Of a stretch of DNA of 44,392 nucleotides, positions 1 to 9,512 are shown piece after piece. The notes below the pieces were generated by a model. That model was not told the DNA's origin. It did not search any database and worked only from the letters and a program-made list of their open reading frames with translations. Every line of letters begins with the position of its first letter. The stretch's first letter is position 1. This DNA comes from a virus (lineage: Duplodnaviria; Caudoviricetes), in the IMG/VR virus record IMGVR_UViG_3300025844_000379, positions 1 to 44,392 of that record, one strand, 5' to 3'. A program made the position numbers and the translations under genes.

Positions 1-2
1 GT

Positions 3-524
3 GGTAAAGTTATGAATGTAAATGGAGAAAGTCCTAAAAAGGTATTGGAAAACATAGAGCTTATGAATATCATGACGGTGGTTGGTCTCAAAATTGGTGA
101 AAAATCTGTTAGAAAAAATTTAAGGTATGGTAAGTTATATGTTGCGCATGATGCTGATCCCGACGGGGCAAATATTGGTGCATTACTAATTAATTTTCTA
201 CATAGCTATTGGCCGGAATTATTTGATCCAGAATTGCCGCCCTTTGTTCATATTTTTCTAACACCTTTTATTATTGCTGAAAAAGGCAAAGAGCGAAGAT
301 ATTGGTATAGTTTCAATTATGATGATTTTAAACCACATGAATGGCATGGCTGGGGCATAACCAGAGCAAAGGGATTGGGTACCTTGACAAATGAAGACTG
401 GAAGCATAGCTTACACAAGCCAGAGGTATTACCACTAGTAGCTGACGAAAATATGAAAGAAGCATTGGATCTGGTGTTTAATGGTGTTAGGGCTGATGAC
501 AGAAAAACTTGGATAAGTATGTGA
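3..524 (+). CDS. Type IIA DNA topoisomerase large (GyrB/gp39-60-like) subunit, C-terminal TOPRIM part, 5'-truncated by the window
   Basis: GKVMN, HDADPDG and KGLG motifs; the frame is open from the window edge. Confidence 0.9.
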   Translation, partial: GKVMNVNGESPKKVLENIELMNIMTVVGLKIGEKSVRKNLRYGKLYVAHDADPDGANIGALLINFLHSYWPELFDPELPPFVHIFLTPFIIAEKGKERRYWYSFNYDDFKPHEWHGWGITRAKGLGTLTNEDWKHSLHKPEVLPLVADENMKEALDLVFNGVRADDRKTWISM

Positions 525-525
525 T

Positions 526-732
526 ATGTATAGAATTAAGTTTAATGAATTAGATTTAAGAAATACAAAATTTTTAGATCATTCAGAAGTTTCATCATAT
601 TATTGTGAATTAGTAAATTGGCTAAAGAGTAACTGTAAAGAAACATATAGTTTAAAATACAAAGCAGACTCATTAGATGAGATCTATTTTGACAGTATGT
701 CCGATTTGATATTATTTAAAATGACTTGGTGA
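526..732 (+). CDS. Small hypothetical protein, F-x(4)-D-x(3)-F-K-L paralogue family
   Basis: C-terminus YFDSMSDLILFKMTW; coupled to neighbours. Confidence 0.7.
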   Translation: MYRIKFNELDLRNTKFLDHSEVSSYYCELVNWLKSNCKETYSLKYKADSLDEIYFDSMSDLILFKMTW

Positions 733-1013
733 AAGAAATGAGATATCTTAATTTAGATAAAATGAGAGAAGGCAAATTTAACTCAATTCTTAAAAAAGAA
801 AAATCGTATATATACGAATTTGAGTTTAAAGATTTACATTTTACTTCCGATCATCATGTTTTTGGTGATAAAACTTTAACAGACGAATTGCTAACTTGGT
901 TAAAAGAAGTACCAACAGGTAATTTCAAGTTTATACATGAATCAGGAATGCTTTGGGGGGTGTCTTTTCAGAAAAGAAGTGATGCGCTCATTTATACAAT
1001 GGTGTGGGCATGA
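726..1013 (+). CDS. Small hypothetical protein, same paralogue family
   Basis: C-terminus VSFQKRSDALIYTMVWA; true start may be ATG 738. Confidence 0.7.
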   Translation: MVKEMRYLNLDKMREGKFNSILKKEKSYIYEFEFKDLHFTSDHHVFGDKTLTDELLTWLKEVPTGNFKFIHESGMLWGVSFQKRSDALIYTMVWA

Positions 1014-1264
1014 ATAACAATACTGTAATATATTATGATGCCAACCATACGTTTTGGGTTTTACAATTTCAAAAAAGAAAAAATGAATTTAAAGAATGGT
1101 GTGAAAATAATAATGCGGTAATGCAATTTAGAGATTCCATCGGCGATTATGTTAGATTTGATATTATGCCAAAAATGTATTATTCTAATGTTAATTGTAA
1201 AGAAAATTATAAAAATTTAATAATGATATTCAAATTGAGATTTTTAGTAAAAGAATTACCATAA
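1010..1264 (+). CDS. Small hypothetical protein, same paralogue family
   Basis: EWCENN and MIFKLRF; ATGA overlap with the previous gene. Confidence 0.65.
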   Translation: MNNNTVIYYDANHTFWVLQFQKRKNEFKEWCENNNAVMQFRDSIGDYVRFDIMPKMYYSNVNCKENYKNLIMIFKLRFLVKELP

Positions 1265-1267
1265 AAC

Positions 1268-1540
1268 ATGAAATTATCCAGATTTCAAGAAACATTATAT
1301 AAATTTGAAAAAGAATATCCACATACATATGATGTGTTTGACGATGTAGAGTTTTATTATTATGAGGGAATAATTAAAAATATGGGGATTAATTCTTCAG
1401 AATGGAATAAAATCGCAATACCTTATGATAGCAGCGGATATTACTTAACTAATTGCAATGTTATAAAATATGGATTTAAGCGAGAACAGGATTTATTATA
1501 TTTTAGATTGGCGGTACCAATACATGAAAAAAACAAGTGA
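1268..1540 (+). CDS. Small hypothetical protein, same paralogue family
   Basis: YGFKREQDLLYFRLAVP. Confidence 0.7.
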   Translation: MKLSRFQETLYKFEKEYPHTYDVFDDVEFYYYEGIIKNMGINSSEWNKIAIPYDSSGYYLTNCNVIKYGFKREQDLLYFRLAVPIHEKNK

Positions 1541-2864
1541 TTATATTTTAGACACTTCCAGAGAATATGCAATTTATGTATGTTCTAATAGAGCAATACC
1601 AAGAGTAACTGATGGATTAAAAGACGGTCAAAGAAAAACACTTTGGGTTATTAGAAATAAAACCGATAAAATTAAAACAATATCTCTAGCAGGTGAATTA
1701 ATAAGCTCAAATTTATTTTTGCATGGCGATCAGAGTGCTGCCCAAACAATTAGTATGATGGCTGGCCCATTTTGCAATAATACACCATTTTTAAAAGGTA
1801 TTGGTAGTTTTGGTACCAAGGTAAGCCCGCAAAGTTTTGGCGCTCCAAGATACACATACGTTAAAAAGAACAAAGCATTAGAAGAAATAATGTTAAAAGA
1901 TTTAGACATTGTTCCATTAAAAGAAAACTATGATGGTAGTACTCTAGAACCAGAAACATTTTTACCAATTGTACCAACCGTATTACTCAATGGTATTTCT
2001 GGTATAGCCGTTGGTTGGTCAACTGACATTTTACCGCATAGTTTAAAAGATTTAACAGATGCGGTTTTGGCTGTTCTGGATGGCAAAAGCATTAAACGAA
2101 TCAAACCACATTATGATTATTTGGACATTAATGTGAATGATTTGGGCGGAAGCCAATGGGAATTTTTTGGTAAACTAGAGAGAATTGATCATAGCACCAT
2201 AAAAGTTAAAAGTTTGCCACCTGATTTAAGTTTGGAAAAATTTAGAGAACGCCTTGATCAATATGAAGAAGAAGGCAAAATCAACGATTATGTTGATGAT
2301 AGTTCTGAAGAAATACAAATCATTATTAAATTCAAACGTGGTTATTTGACTGATAAAACTGATCAAGATTTAATTGAATTTTTAAAATTGAAAAGTAAAA
2401 AAACAGAAAGAATCGTAGTATTGGGATTCAATGGTGATTCTATCAAACAATACGAATGCCCGGAAGACCTAGTAGTGGATTTCGTTCAATGGAGATTTGG
2501 CTATTATATTACTCGTTATGAAAAAATGTTGGCAGATGATGGTTATGAAATAAAATATTGGCAGGGTCTAAAAGCCTGCTTTGATAAAAACATTCCAAAT
2601 AAACTGGTAGGAAGTAAAAATAAACAGGAGATTGTTGATAAAATAAGTAAAGTTACCAAAGACTTAGATGACAAACAATTAGATAAGCTTGCTAGTTTGC
2701 CGACCTTTAGATGGAATGATGAATACTACCAGGAAGTCCTAAAGAAAATATCCGAACTTGAAAAAAGTATTCAAGAATATACAGATATATTAGCTGATAA
2801 CAATAGAATAATTGATATTTACAAAAATGAAGTCAAAGCTCTTAAAACGTTAAAAATGAGTTAA
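1524..2864 (+). CDS. Type IIA DNA topoisomerase medium (GyrA/gp52-like) subunit
   Basis: RAIP, DGLKDGQRK, HGD, APRYT (catalytic Tyr), LLNGISGIAVGWST; start placed at ATG 1524. Confidence 0.95.
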   Translation: MKKTSDYILDTSREYAIYVCSNRAIPRVTDGLKDGQRKTLWVIRNKTDKIKTISLAGELISSNLFLHGDQSAAQTISMMAGPFCNNTPFLKGIGSFGTKVSPQSFGAPRYTYVKKNKALEEIMLKDLDIVPLKENYDGSTLEPETFLPIVPTVLLNGISGIAVGWSTDILPHSLKDLTDAVLAVLDGKSIKRIKPHYDYLDINVNDLGGSQWEFFGKLERIDHSTIKVKSLPPDLSLEKFRERLDQYEEEGKINDYVDDSSEEIQIIIKFKRGYLTDKTDQDLIEFLKLKSKKTERIVVLGFNGDSIKQYECPEDLVVDFVQWRFGYYITRYEKMLADDGYEIKYWQGLKACFDKNIPNKLVGSKNKQEIVDKISKVTKDLDDKQLDKLASLPTFRWNDEYYQEVLKKISELEKSIQEYTDILADNNRIIDIYKNEVKALKTLKMS

Positions 2865-3146
2865 TAGCTTTTTCATCCAATCACTCATCGGGGCGCCATT
2901 CATTTCAGCAAGTGTTTCTTCCAAAAGCCGGCCAATAATTCTGGCGCGCATAAGCATTTTGGCATGTTCGCTGTCTACGCCTTCATTTTCCAATTCAAGC
3001 ATCATCGCTGCCAGGGTTTCATTAACAATTTCAGTAATTTTTTTTGTTGGTTGATCTTGCGTGATTTTATGTGCTGGTGTACTAGTCACGGCTTCAATCT
3101 TTCGGCGCTTGAACGCACTAAACTTAATTACATTTTCATCAGCCAT
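2850..3146 (-). CDS. Hypothetical protein (MADENVIKF...)
   Basis: AGGAG ribosome-binding site before ATG 3146. Confidence 0.65.
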   Translation of the reverse strand: MADENVIKFSAFKRRKIEAVTSTPAHKITQDQPTKKITEIVNETLAAMMLELENEGVDSEHAKMLMRARIIGRLLEETLAEMNGAPMSDWMKKLLTHF

Positions 3147-3165
3147 TTTAACTCCTGATATGGTT

Positions 3166-3188
3166 TGGGGTAACAGTTTGTTACCCCA
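3166..3188. other. Perfect inverted repeat (hairpin)
   Basis: TGGGGTAACA-GTT-TGTTACCCCA, lying between the endonuclease remnant and the next RBS; no clear U-tract. Confidence 0.6.
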
Positions 3189-3214
3189 TAACTTTACAAC
3201 ACTTCTGTGAGTTG

Positions 3215-3939
3215 TCAACCGTCAGACACAAAATCACTTTCCCAAATAAAATTTACCTTATAACCATTTTGTTTAAAAACTTCTTCACGTTTGAGTGTGT
3301 TAAAATATAACTCACCAAAAGATAAATTCTTATGTCTATTATCCTTGGAATGATTAGTTGTTTTTGGATTACCGTGCCAATAATCACCATAATATTCATA
3401 AATCGTTTTTGTATCAGGACAATATCCATCAACAAAATATTTTTTAGAATTTATTTTTATCATATATTGTCGATATTCAATAGGTATACCATGTTGATCT
3501 AACCAGATTGTCTCATTTTTGCTATTATTGCCTAATCCACATTTATTGCATCCCCTACCCTCTAAATGTGAATGAGCCACTTGCCAATAAGAACCATGTA
3601 TTTTACATATAATTTCAAGTTTTGCATGGGAATCGGTGTATATTGTATTGTCATATAAATATCTATCGCCATGTATACTCTTGGCTTTATTAACAAAAAT
3701 ATCTTTATTATGTATTTTAATTTTGCCTGTTTTTTCTGCTCTTGATTCGTTACCACATGAGGGGCAGCCACGTGGTCGTATATGATCATGGGGAGTCTGT
3801 TAAACTCTCCATGATTTTCGCATATAATTATTATTTTAGTATAAGCATTAATATAAGAAGTTTTTGAATAATCATAACGATAATTATGAACTTTCTGTGC
3901 TTCCTCTATGAATTACTTATTAGTTTTTCGTCTTGGCAT
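3215..3939 (-). pseudogene. Decayed free-standing homing endonuclease: Zn-binding repeats (DUF723-like) plus a C-terminal Vsr-like/PD-(D/E)XK domain
   Basis: MPRRKTNK*FIEEAQKVH...IICENHGEF / QTPHDH...GCPSC...ICKIHG...GCNKC...VDGYC...EYYGDYWHG; in-frame TAA at 3913-3915 and a 1-nt frameshift near 3800. Confidence 0.8.
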
Positions 3940-4626
3940 TTATCTACTATTAACGATATTCATAAATTCTAATCTTAACCCAGAATCTTTGAATCCTCCG
4001 CCCAATTTGCTAGTGATTGTATATGAACCGGTATCTTCTACACCACGCGTCTTCACACACATATGATCAGCCCGGATAACAACCGCCACATCATCAGTGC
4101 CCAAAATATAACTCAAAGAGTGATATATTTGTTCTGTTAATCTTTCTTGAATTTGTGGTCTCCTAGAAAAATATTCAACCACTCTGTTCATTTTACTTAA
4201 TCCTAACACTCTATTTTTGGGTATGTAAGCTACAGTGGCCTTTCCTGTGATGGCAACAAAATGATGTTCACACAATGAAGAAACATTAATGTCCTTTTCA
4301 ACAACCATGTTTTCATAACCCATTTTATTTTCTACAACAGTACATTTGGGAAATTTATTTGGGTCTAACCCCCAACAAATTTCATTAACATACATCTTTG
4401 CTACTCGATTGGGAGTATCTCGTAAACTATCATCACTTAAATCTAAATTCATTAATTCCATTATTTCTTTAAAGTGTTCTTTAATTGCGTTAATTTTTTT
4501 ATTACGTTCTTCTTCAGTGAAAGAATGACTAGCATTTAATATTGGAGTTTCAACTCCCTTTTCTAACAAATAATTATAAATTCTCCGTCCCAATTGTGGA
4601 TCAACTTTTTTTGAATCATATGACAT
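3940..4626 (-). CDS. folE: GTP cyclohydrolase I
   Basis: TPNRVAKMY, SLCEHHF, GLSKMNR, RRPQIQERLT, HMCVKTRG. Confidence 0.97.
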   Translation of the reverse strand: MSYDSKKVDPQLGRRIYNYLLEKGVETPILNASHSFTEEERNKKINAIKEHFKEIMELMNLDLSDDSLRDTPNRVAKMYVNEICWGLDPNKFPKCTVVENKMGYENMVVEKDINVSSLCEHHFVAITGKATVAYIPKNRVLGLSKMNRVVEYFSRRPQIQERLTEQIYHSLSYILGTDDVAVVIRADHMCVKTRGVEDTGSYTITSKLGGGFKDSGLRLEFMNIVNSR

Positions 4627-4658
4627 GGTAAGTCTCCTTTAAAATATATTTAATTTTA

Positions 4659-5183
4659 TTACGCGAATTCTTCAAATAGGTCTTCATTCCATTCTCGATG
4701 ACCTTCTCGATATGCCATATTGCTTTGGGTTTCTCGTACTTCAACTCTAAAGCACCATAGCCTATCTGCTTCACCGGGACCCCACATATCAGGTATGTAA
4801 ATACCGTTAACATATTTGTATAATATGTCAGCAAGTCCCTCACAACCCAATTTAGGTAATACCGTTAATTTTGCCATCTTGCGACTTTCCAATTCTTTAT
4901 AGATATCCATATTTGGATCATCTGCTGAAACTAATAGAGTATGATCAAATTTTTCTTCTAAGAATTTTTTCAATTCCTTTAATCCACCATAATCGCTTAC
5001 CCACGACCTTGCATCAAGATCATCAGCACCGAAATAAAATTTCATTGAAAACGAGTAGCCATGTATTTTATTACAATGACTGTCTGCCTTCCATTGCCGA
5101 TAAGCGCAAGGAAACGCATCATGATATTCTTTTGTACTTACCCATTTATATACTCTAGGTTGATTTTTCATATGTAATTCCAT
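4659..5183 (-). CDS. queD: 6-carboxy-5,6,7,8-tetrahydropterin synthase
   Basis: HCNKIHGYS, DYGGLK, FDHTLL, VEVRET. Confidence 0.9.
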   Translation of the reverse strand: MELHMKNQPRVYKWVSTKEYHDAFPCAYRQWKADSHCNKIHGYSFSMKFYFGADDLDARSWVSDYGGLKELKKFLEEKFDHTLLVSADDPNMDIYKELESRKMAKLTVLPKLGCEGLADILYKYVNGIYIPDMWGPGEADRLWCFRVEVRETQSNMAYREGHREWNEDLFEEFA

Positions 5184-5971
5184 CCTTTTAATGTGTTAAT
5201 ATTTTTAGATATTTGGTATCTCGTTAGGTGTAAATCTTCCATACAATCCTTTATTGAGCAATATATTTTATCAGGAGTTTGTATTTTTTTGTTGGTAGTA
5301 GGGGGCACACCTCTAACCCAATTAGTCGGTATTTCTTCAATATTAGTAACGTATTTCTTTTCCATAGTATTCGGATTATAGCATCCGATACGATTTTTAG
5401 TAGTTCCTTTGTACCACAACCCTGGTATAAACCCATTTGGTATAGTTTCCCCAGGATACAAATAAATTTTTCTTTCACCATTGTGATATATTTTAGCACC
5501 AATATTAGGCCCATTTTTTTTCTTTGGATCATTACCTAAAGTCCATCCTTCTGGAACAGTATCATTTATTGGTATTTTTTTAGCAATATTGATTATTGGG
5601 TTAAAAATATATTTCGTAGGTAATTGTTTGGTTCCTAATCTACCTTCTTTTTGTGCCTTTAAAAAATTTTCAGTTTTTGAAGTGTCGCCACCTACTCCCG
5701 ATTCAGGAATTAAATTTGCCCATTCTTTACTTTCAACGATGTTATAGAACTTACTATAATATAGTCCTTGTTTTTCTAATTCTTGAGCAGTAAACAATCC
5801 CAATACTGTTGTTTTTATAGTATAATCCGGATGAGCTCTTAGAATTCTATTCCAAAATTTACCAGAACCTTTATAATTTATGTGATCATTAATATCACGT
5901 AAATTCTGTTTCTTTTTACAAAGATATTTCATACCTGTTTGTTCTATTTCTTTGATCATCAAATAATACAT
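5168..5971 (-). CDS. Seg-like (GIY-YIG superfamily) homing endonuclease with C-terminal repeats
   Basis: YYLMIK...TGMKYL...YKGSGKFW...WANLIPESG; repeated P-x-G/N-W/F-x-x-G motifs. Confidence 0.75.
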   Translation of the reverse strand: MYYLMIKEIEQTGMKYLCKKKQNLRDINDHINYKGSGKFWNRILRAHPDYTIKTTVLGLFTAQELEKQGLYYSKFYNIVESKEWANLIPESGVGGDTSKTENFLKAQKEGRLGTKQLPTKYIFNPIINIAKKIPINDTVPEGWTLGNDPKKKNGPNIGAKIYHNGERKIYLYPGETIPNGFIPGLWYKGTTKNRIGCYNPNTMEKKYVTNIEEIPTNWVRGVPPTTNKKIQTPDKIYCSIKDCMEDLHLTRYQISKNINTLKGWNYI

Positions 5972-6021
5972 GTTAAAACCTCCATAGTCTAATATTTATG
6001 TAAACTATGATAATATTCTTC

Positions 6022-6897
6022 TTAGGCCAAACTGGCATATAAATGTGTTTGAAGTTGAAATCGTAATCCATGGATGACACAATATTGAGCTGCATATTCA
6101 TGATTCTTTTGATTTTCTTTTAAATCTAGTAATCCTGGTTCCCAAAAACTAATTACTTCATCTGTTTTTGAACGCTCATCTAATTCTATCCTATTGGTTT
6201 TCATTCTAAGATCTTTAGATTTTTGTGGTTCTGAATTATATATATTCATTGGACTAACAAAAATTTCCTTACCAGTTTTTTCTTTCCATTCAAAAGCCCA
6301 ATCGGGAATTGAACTGTAAGGACTTTCTGAATCAGCCTCCATTACAAATTTTAAACAACTTGCTACTTCTAAATTTTTTAAGTTAGGTTGTATATACCTT
6401 AAAGATACTCCATTTTCTTCTAAGCATTTGGGGCTTATAATTATTGTTGTTGATGGCGGTATACTGGGTTGATGAATTATACCATTTGATTCTATTTGAG
6501 TATATTTAAATATATTACTCATATGATCCAAAAAAGGTCCTAAATTTTTCTGTAAGGTGGGTTCACCACCAGTCACCACTAATACTAATTCATTTTTGGT
6601 ATTTTCATCATGCTTTGTGAACTTTGGTCTAACCAATTTTTTTTCTAAATAAAAATCTTCAATAACTTTATCAATTTTATTTGATGTTTCATCAAATGTT
6701 AACCAGTCGCCATCATCAAAAAATGTATCACACCAACTGCATCTCAGATTGCATTTTGCTAATCTAACAAAAACGGCAGGTTTTCCACTATACACGCCTT
6801 CGCCTTGTAGTGTGTAAAATATTGATGTTACGAACAATAAATTATCGGGTTTATCTCGAAAGAACCTTTGGCCTACGACTTCATTTTTTCCGAACAT
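6022..6897 (-). CDS. queE: 7-carboxy-7-deazaguanine synthase (radical SAM)
   Basis: FYTLQGEG, CNLRCSWCDT, TGGEPTLQ, IESNG, ISPK, LQTH. Confidence 0.95.
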   Translation of the reverse strand: MFGKNEVVGQRFFRDKPDNLLFVTSIFYTLQGEGVYSGKPAVFVRLAKCNLRCSWCDTFFDDGDWLTFDETSNKIDKVIEDFYLEKKLVRPKFTKHDENTKNELVLVVTGGEPTLQKNLGPFLDHMSNIFKYTQIESNGIIHQPSIPPSTTIIISPKCLEENGVSLRYIQPNLKNLEVASCLKFVMEADSESPYSSIPDWAFEWKEKTGKEIFVSPMNIYNSEPQKSKDLRMKTNRIELDERSKTDEVISFWEPGLLDLKENQKNHEYAAQYCVIHGLRFQLQTHLYASLA

Positions 6898-7011
6898 TGT
6901 GCTTCTCCTTTATTATAAATGTTATTATAAGAGAAGCGGGGGAGATTTGTCTATTTGCGTTTAAACTTGTCTCTTGCCCGCTTACGCGGTAAGTTTGACT
7001 TTACCTTACTC

Positions 7012-7019
7012 TATAAATA
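7012..7019 (+). promoter_or_regulatory. T4-type late promoter motif TATAAATA
   Basis: Exact motif upstream of ORF 7063; it recurs at 14472 and 26889. Confidence 0.55.
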
Positions 7020-7062
7020 ATAGAGTATTACTATTTATTAATCAATATAAAGGAACTAATAA

Positions 7063-7380
7063 ATGAAAGAAATAATAGAAAAACTTCAACTCTTAGAAGA
7101 TAATATTTTAGATAATAAAATTGAAGTGGCTCATTTATTTGAAGCAGATGAAGATGAAGAAGAACAACCACAAGCAGACAAAGCAAAAGGATTACGGGTT
7201 AATGCTCAAGTATTAAAAATTATATCGGAAAAAACCGGAATAGAACCACAAAAATTAAAATTAACACTCAGCAAAACATTACGTGAACAAAACGTGTCGA
7301 ATGAAGGTAGACAACATATTGCAAATATGCTAAAGTTAATACTTAGACAACAACCCGCATTTTTAAATAGGATGAAATAA
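7063..7380 (+). CDS. Hypothetical protein, possibly a virion/head protein
   Basis: MKEIIEKLQLLE start, acidic tract, late promoter motif. Confidence 0.65.
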   Translation: MKEIIEKLQLLEDNILDNKIEVAHLFEADEDEEEQPQADKAKGLRVNAQVLKIISEKTGIEPQKLKLTLSKTLREQNVSNEGRQHIANMLKLILRQQPAFLNRMK

Positions 7381-7384
7381 ATCA

Positions 7385-7924
7385 TTGGATAATACTTCTG
7401 ATATATTAATTGTTGATAGACCAAAATTCTATGGCACATATGTTTACTCAATGAGTTTATCATGTGACATTTTGGATTGGCATGAATATTTTGCCATAAA
7501 AGAGGAACTTCAAAATTTAGTTGGCGTGCCGGGAATAATTTCTGGATCAAAACATTTGTTAACATATTACATATTTTTTAATGATTCTAAATTATTAAGT
7601 GATATATTAGATTTCGCTAAAAATAAAAACTTGTTGATACATAATATTAAAAAAATATCAGAAGAATTTTTACACGTTACTCTCAAAAGAAAGAAATACA
7701 ATAAAAAGGGTGATTGGTATGGCGAATATAGTTATAGAATACGGTTGAAACGCCCATATTTTGATTTTTCCGATATTAATGATAAATTGCAGGGTAAAGT
7801 TACTCTTTCACAGAACAATCCGGCATTATTTTATATGTCAAACTTAAACGATGTTATTCTATTTAAGCTTCTATACAGCAGTTACATATTAGAAATGCAT
7901 GATTCACAAACTGTTAGAGGTTAA
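7385..7924 (+). CDS. Hypothetical protein (two-domain member of the D-x(3)-FKL family)
   Basis: C-terminal FYMSNLNDVILFKLLY. Confidence 0.65.
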   Translation: MDNTSDILIVDRPKFYGTYVYSMSLSCDILDWHEYFAIKEELQNLVGVPGIISGSKHLLTYYIFFNDSKLLSDILDFAKNKNLLIHNIKKISEEFLHVTLKRKKYNKKGDWYGEYSYRIRLKRPYFDFSDINDKLQGKVTLSQNNPALFYMSNLNDVILFKLLYSSYILEMHDSQTVRG

Positions 7925-8253
7925 TGATGCGAACCAGAGAAGATTTAGAACGAGACATAAATCTTTGGAATAGGTATATCAGAGGTCAAATACCCGTTAG
8001 GTATAATGCATTCAAATTATCAAACTATAAAACCAAAATTACAATTGATTTGCATGGGCTAACACTTACCCAAGCATATGAATTAGTGCTTAACACAATG
8101 ATCAACAAGCATCACAAACAAATAACAGTAATAACCGGAGCATCCGGGGAAATTAAAAGACAATTTGAATTTTGGTTAGATAACCCAACTTTTAAACCGC
8201 TGTATAAACGTCATAGTATTTTAAATAACGGCAGTTATCTCATAATTAAATAA
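7924..8253 (+). CDS. Stand-alone Smr-domain endonuclease
   Basis: IDLHGLT, VITGASG, NNGS. Confidence 0.85.
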   Translation: MMRTREDLERDINLWNRYIRGQIPVRYNAFKLSNYKTKITIDLHGLTLTQAYELVLNTMINKHHKQITVITGASGEIKRQFEFWLDNPTFKPLYKRHSILNNGSYLIIK

Positions 8254-8743
8254 GAGTGTATTTGCCCGCATATAACGAATTATTTCTATTTTTCAAAATG
8301 TTAATTTTACTAGATTTTTTATCAGAAATATTATCTACCCCTATTAATTTCTCAGTCATTAAATAATCTTGCTTAAGTTTCTCTTTTTTAGCCAAAAGTT
8401 TATCAAAATCATTTAACAGTCCATATTTGTTTAGTATGGCTGTTATTAGCCATTTGGGCTTATGCTTAAAATTATTTGTTGTAATTCGATAATCAATATC
8501 GTGCAACTCGGAACTAACTTTTTTGTATTCTTTTTCTATTGATTTTAGTATAGGGTCATTATTTAAATCATGATAATAGTTAGACCATTGGGATATATCA
8601 TTTACCCATTCTGTAACTTTTCGCTCAGCAAATATCAAGTGAATAAACGCGGCCCACAAAAATAATCCCATAAGCAAAAAAATTATATTTTTCTGCAAGA
8701 GTAGCATTACGCCAATAGCAGAAAGATAAAATATATATTTCAT
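8246..8743 (-). CDS. Membrane-anchored hypothetical protein (paralogue of 8755-9207)
   Basis: N-terminal TM segments; KPKW...LNKY...EKL. Confidence 0.65.
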   Translation of the reverse strand: MKYIFYLSAIGVMLLLQKNIIFLLMGLFLWAAFIHLIFAERKVTEWVNDISQWSNYYHDLNNDPILKSIEKEYKKVSSELHDIDYRITTNNFKHKPKWLITAILNKYGLLNDFDKLLAKKEKLKQDYLMTEKLIGVDNISDKKSSKINILKNRNNSLYAGKYTLI

Positions 8744-8754
8744 TATAATATTCC

Positions 8755-9207
8755 TTAGTAATATTGTAACACTGATAATTTTTCTAACATTATTATTTCA
8801 TTTTCTAGTTCTTGTTTTTGTTTTTTTAAGTTATAATAATCATTGCGTATTCTAAATTTATTTAAGTACGCAGCACACCATTTTTTGGGTCGAAATTTAT
8901 GTTTATGTGCAAACAAATAACCAAAATGGTAATATTGGTCATAATAAGTATAATCTATTTCCCAAAGTTGGTAAGAAATACAATTATATAATTCTATTTT
9001 TTCTTGTAATATTGGATAATCACTTTTTTTATAAAAAAATCCAAACTGTTTTACATTTGCTTTTTCATAGGGGAAAATTTTTCTCCCCCAAGTTAAAGAT
9101 TTAACCCATGAATAACTGATGTATCCACCAATAAAAATAGACAACATTGCTGCACTCACCACATAACCAATATCAATCATTAAACTCAATCCACTACCCA
9201 AATACAT
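8755..9207 (-). CDS. Membrane-anchored hypothetical protein
   Basis: N-terminal TM segment; RPKKW...LNKF...EKL. Confidence 0.65.
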   Translation of the reverse strand: MYLGSGLSLMIDIGYVVSAAMLSIFIGGYISYSWVKSLTWGRKIFPYEKANVKQFGFFYKKSDYPILQEKIELYNCISYQLWEIDYTYYDQYYHFGYLFAHKHKFRPKKWCAAYLNKFRIRNDYYNLKKQKQELENEIIMLEKLSVLQYY

Positions 9208-9326
9208 ACCATACTATAAATTATTATAATGCAAAACGCAAGGACGATATGCGAAAAGATAGGTTGTTTCTTGCGCTGCAATGCAATATATAGTATTAGT
9301 GAACTTTTAAAAACAAGGAGTAAATT

Positions 9327-9512
9327 ATGAATTTTTTCATTAAACTTTTTTCTAACTTATTTGGGGATCTAAAAAATGATGATTGGGCCGTAAGATATAT
9401 GGCTATCGAATACCAAAAAGATTTTTCGAACTTGAAAAAGACTGGGGTTTCCATTAACCCCGAAGTTGCGATGGCGTTCTTATCCAGTGTAGGAGACCAA
9501 AATGTTAAGTAA
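9327..9512 (+). CDS. Small hypothetical protein
   Basis: AAGGAG RBS. Confidence 0.65.
   Translation: MNFFIKLFSNLFGDLKNDDWAVRYMAIEYQKDFSNLKKTGVSINPEVAMAFLSSVGDQNVK

Noticed and set aside
1470-1523. Longer start for the topoisomerase medium subunit
   Set aside because: Overlaps the upstream paralogue gene; ATG 1524 fits better
3562-3789. 75-aa ORF
   Set aside because: Out-of-frame product of the frameshifted endonuclease pseudogene
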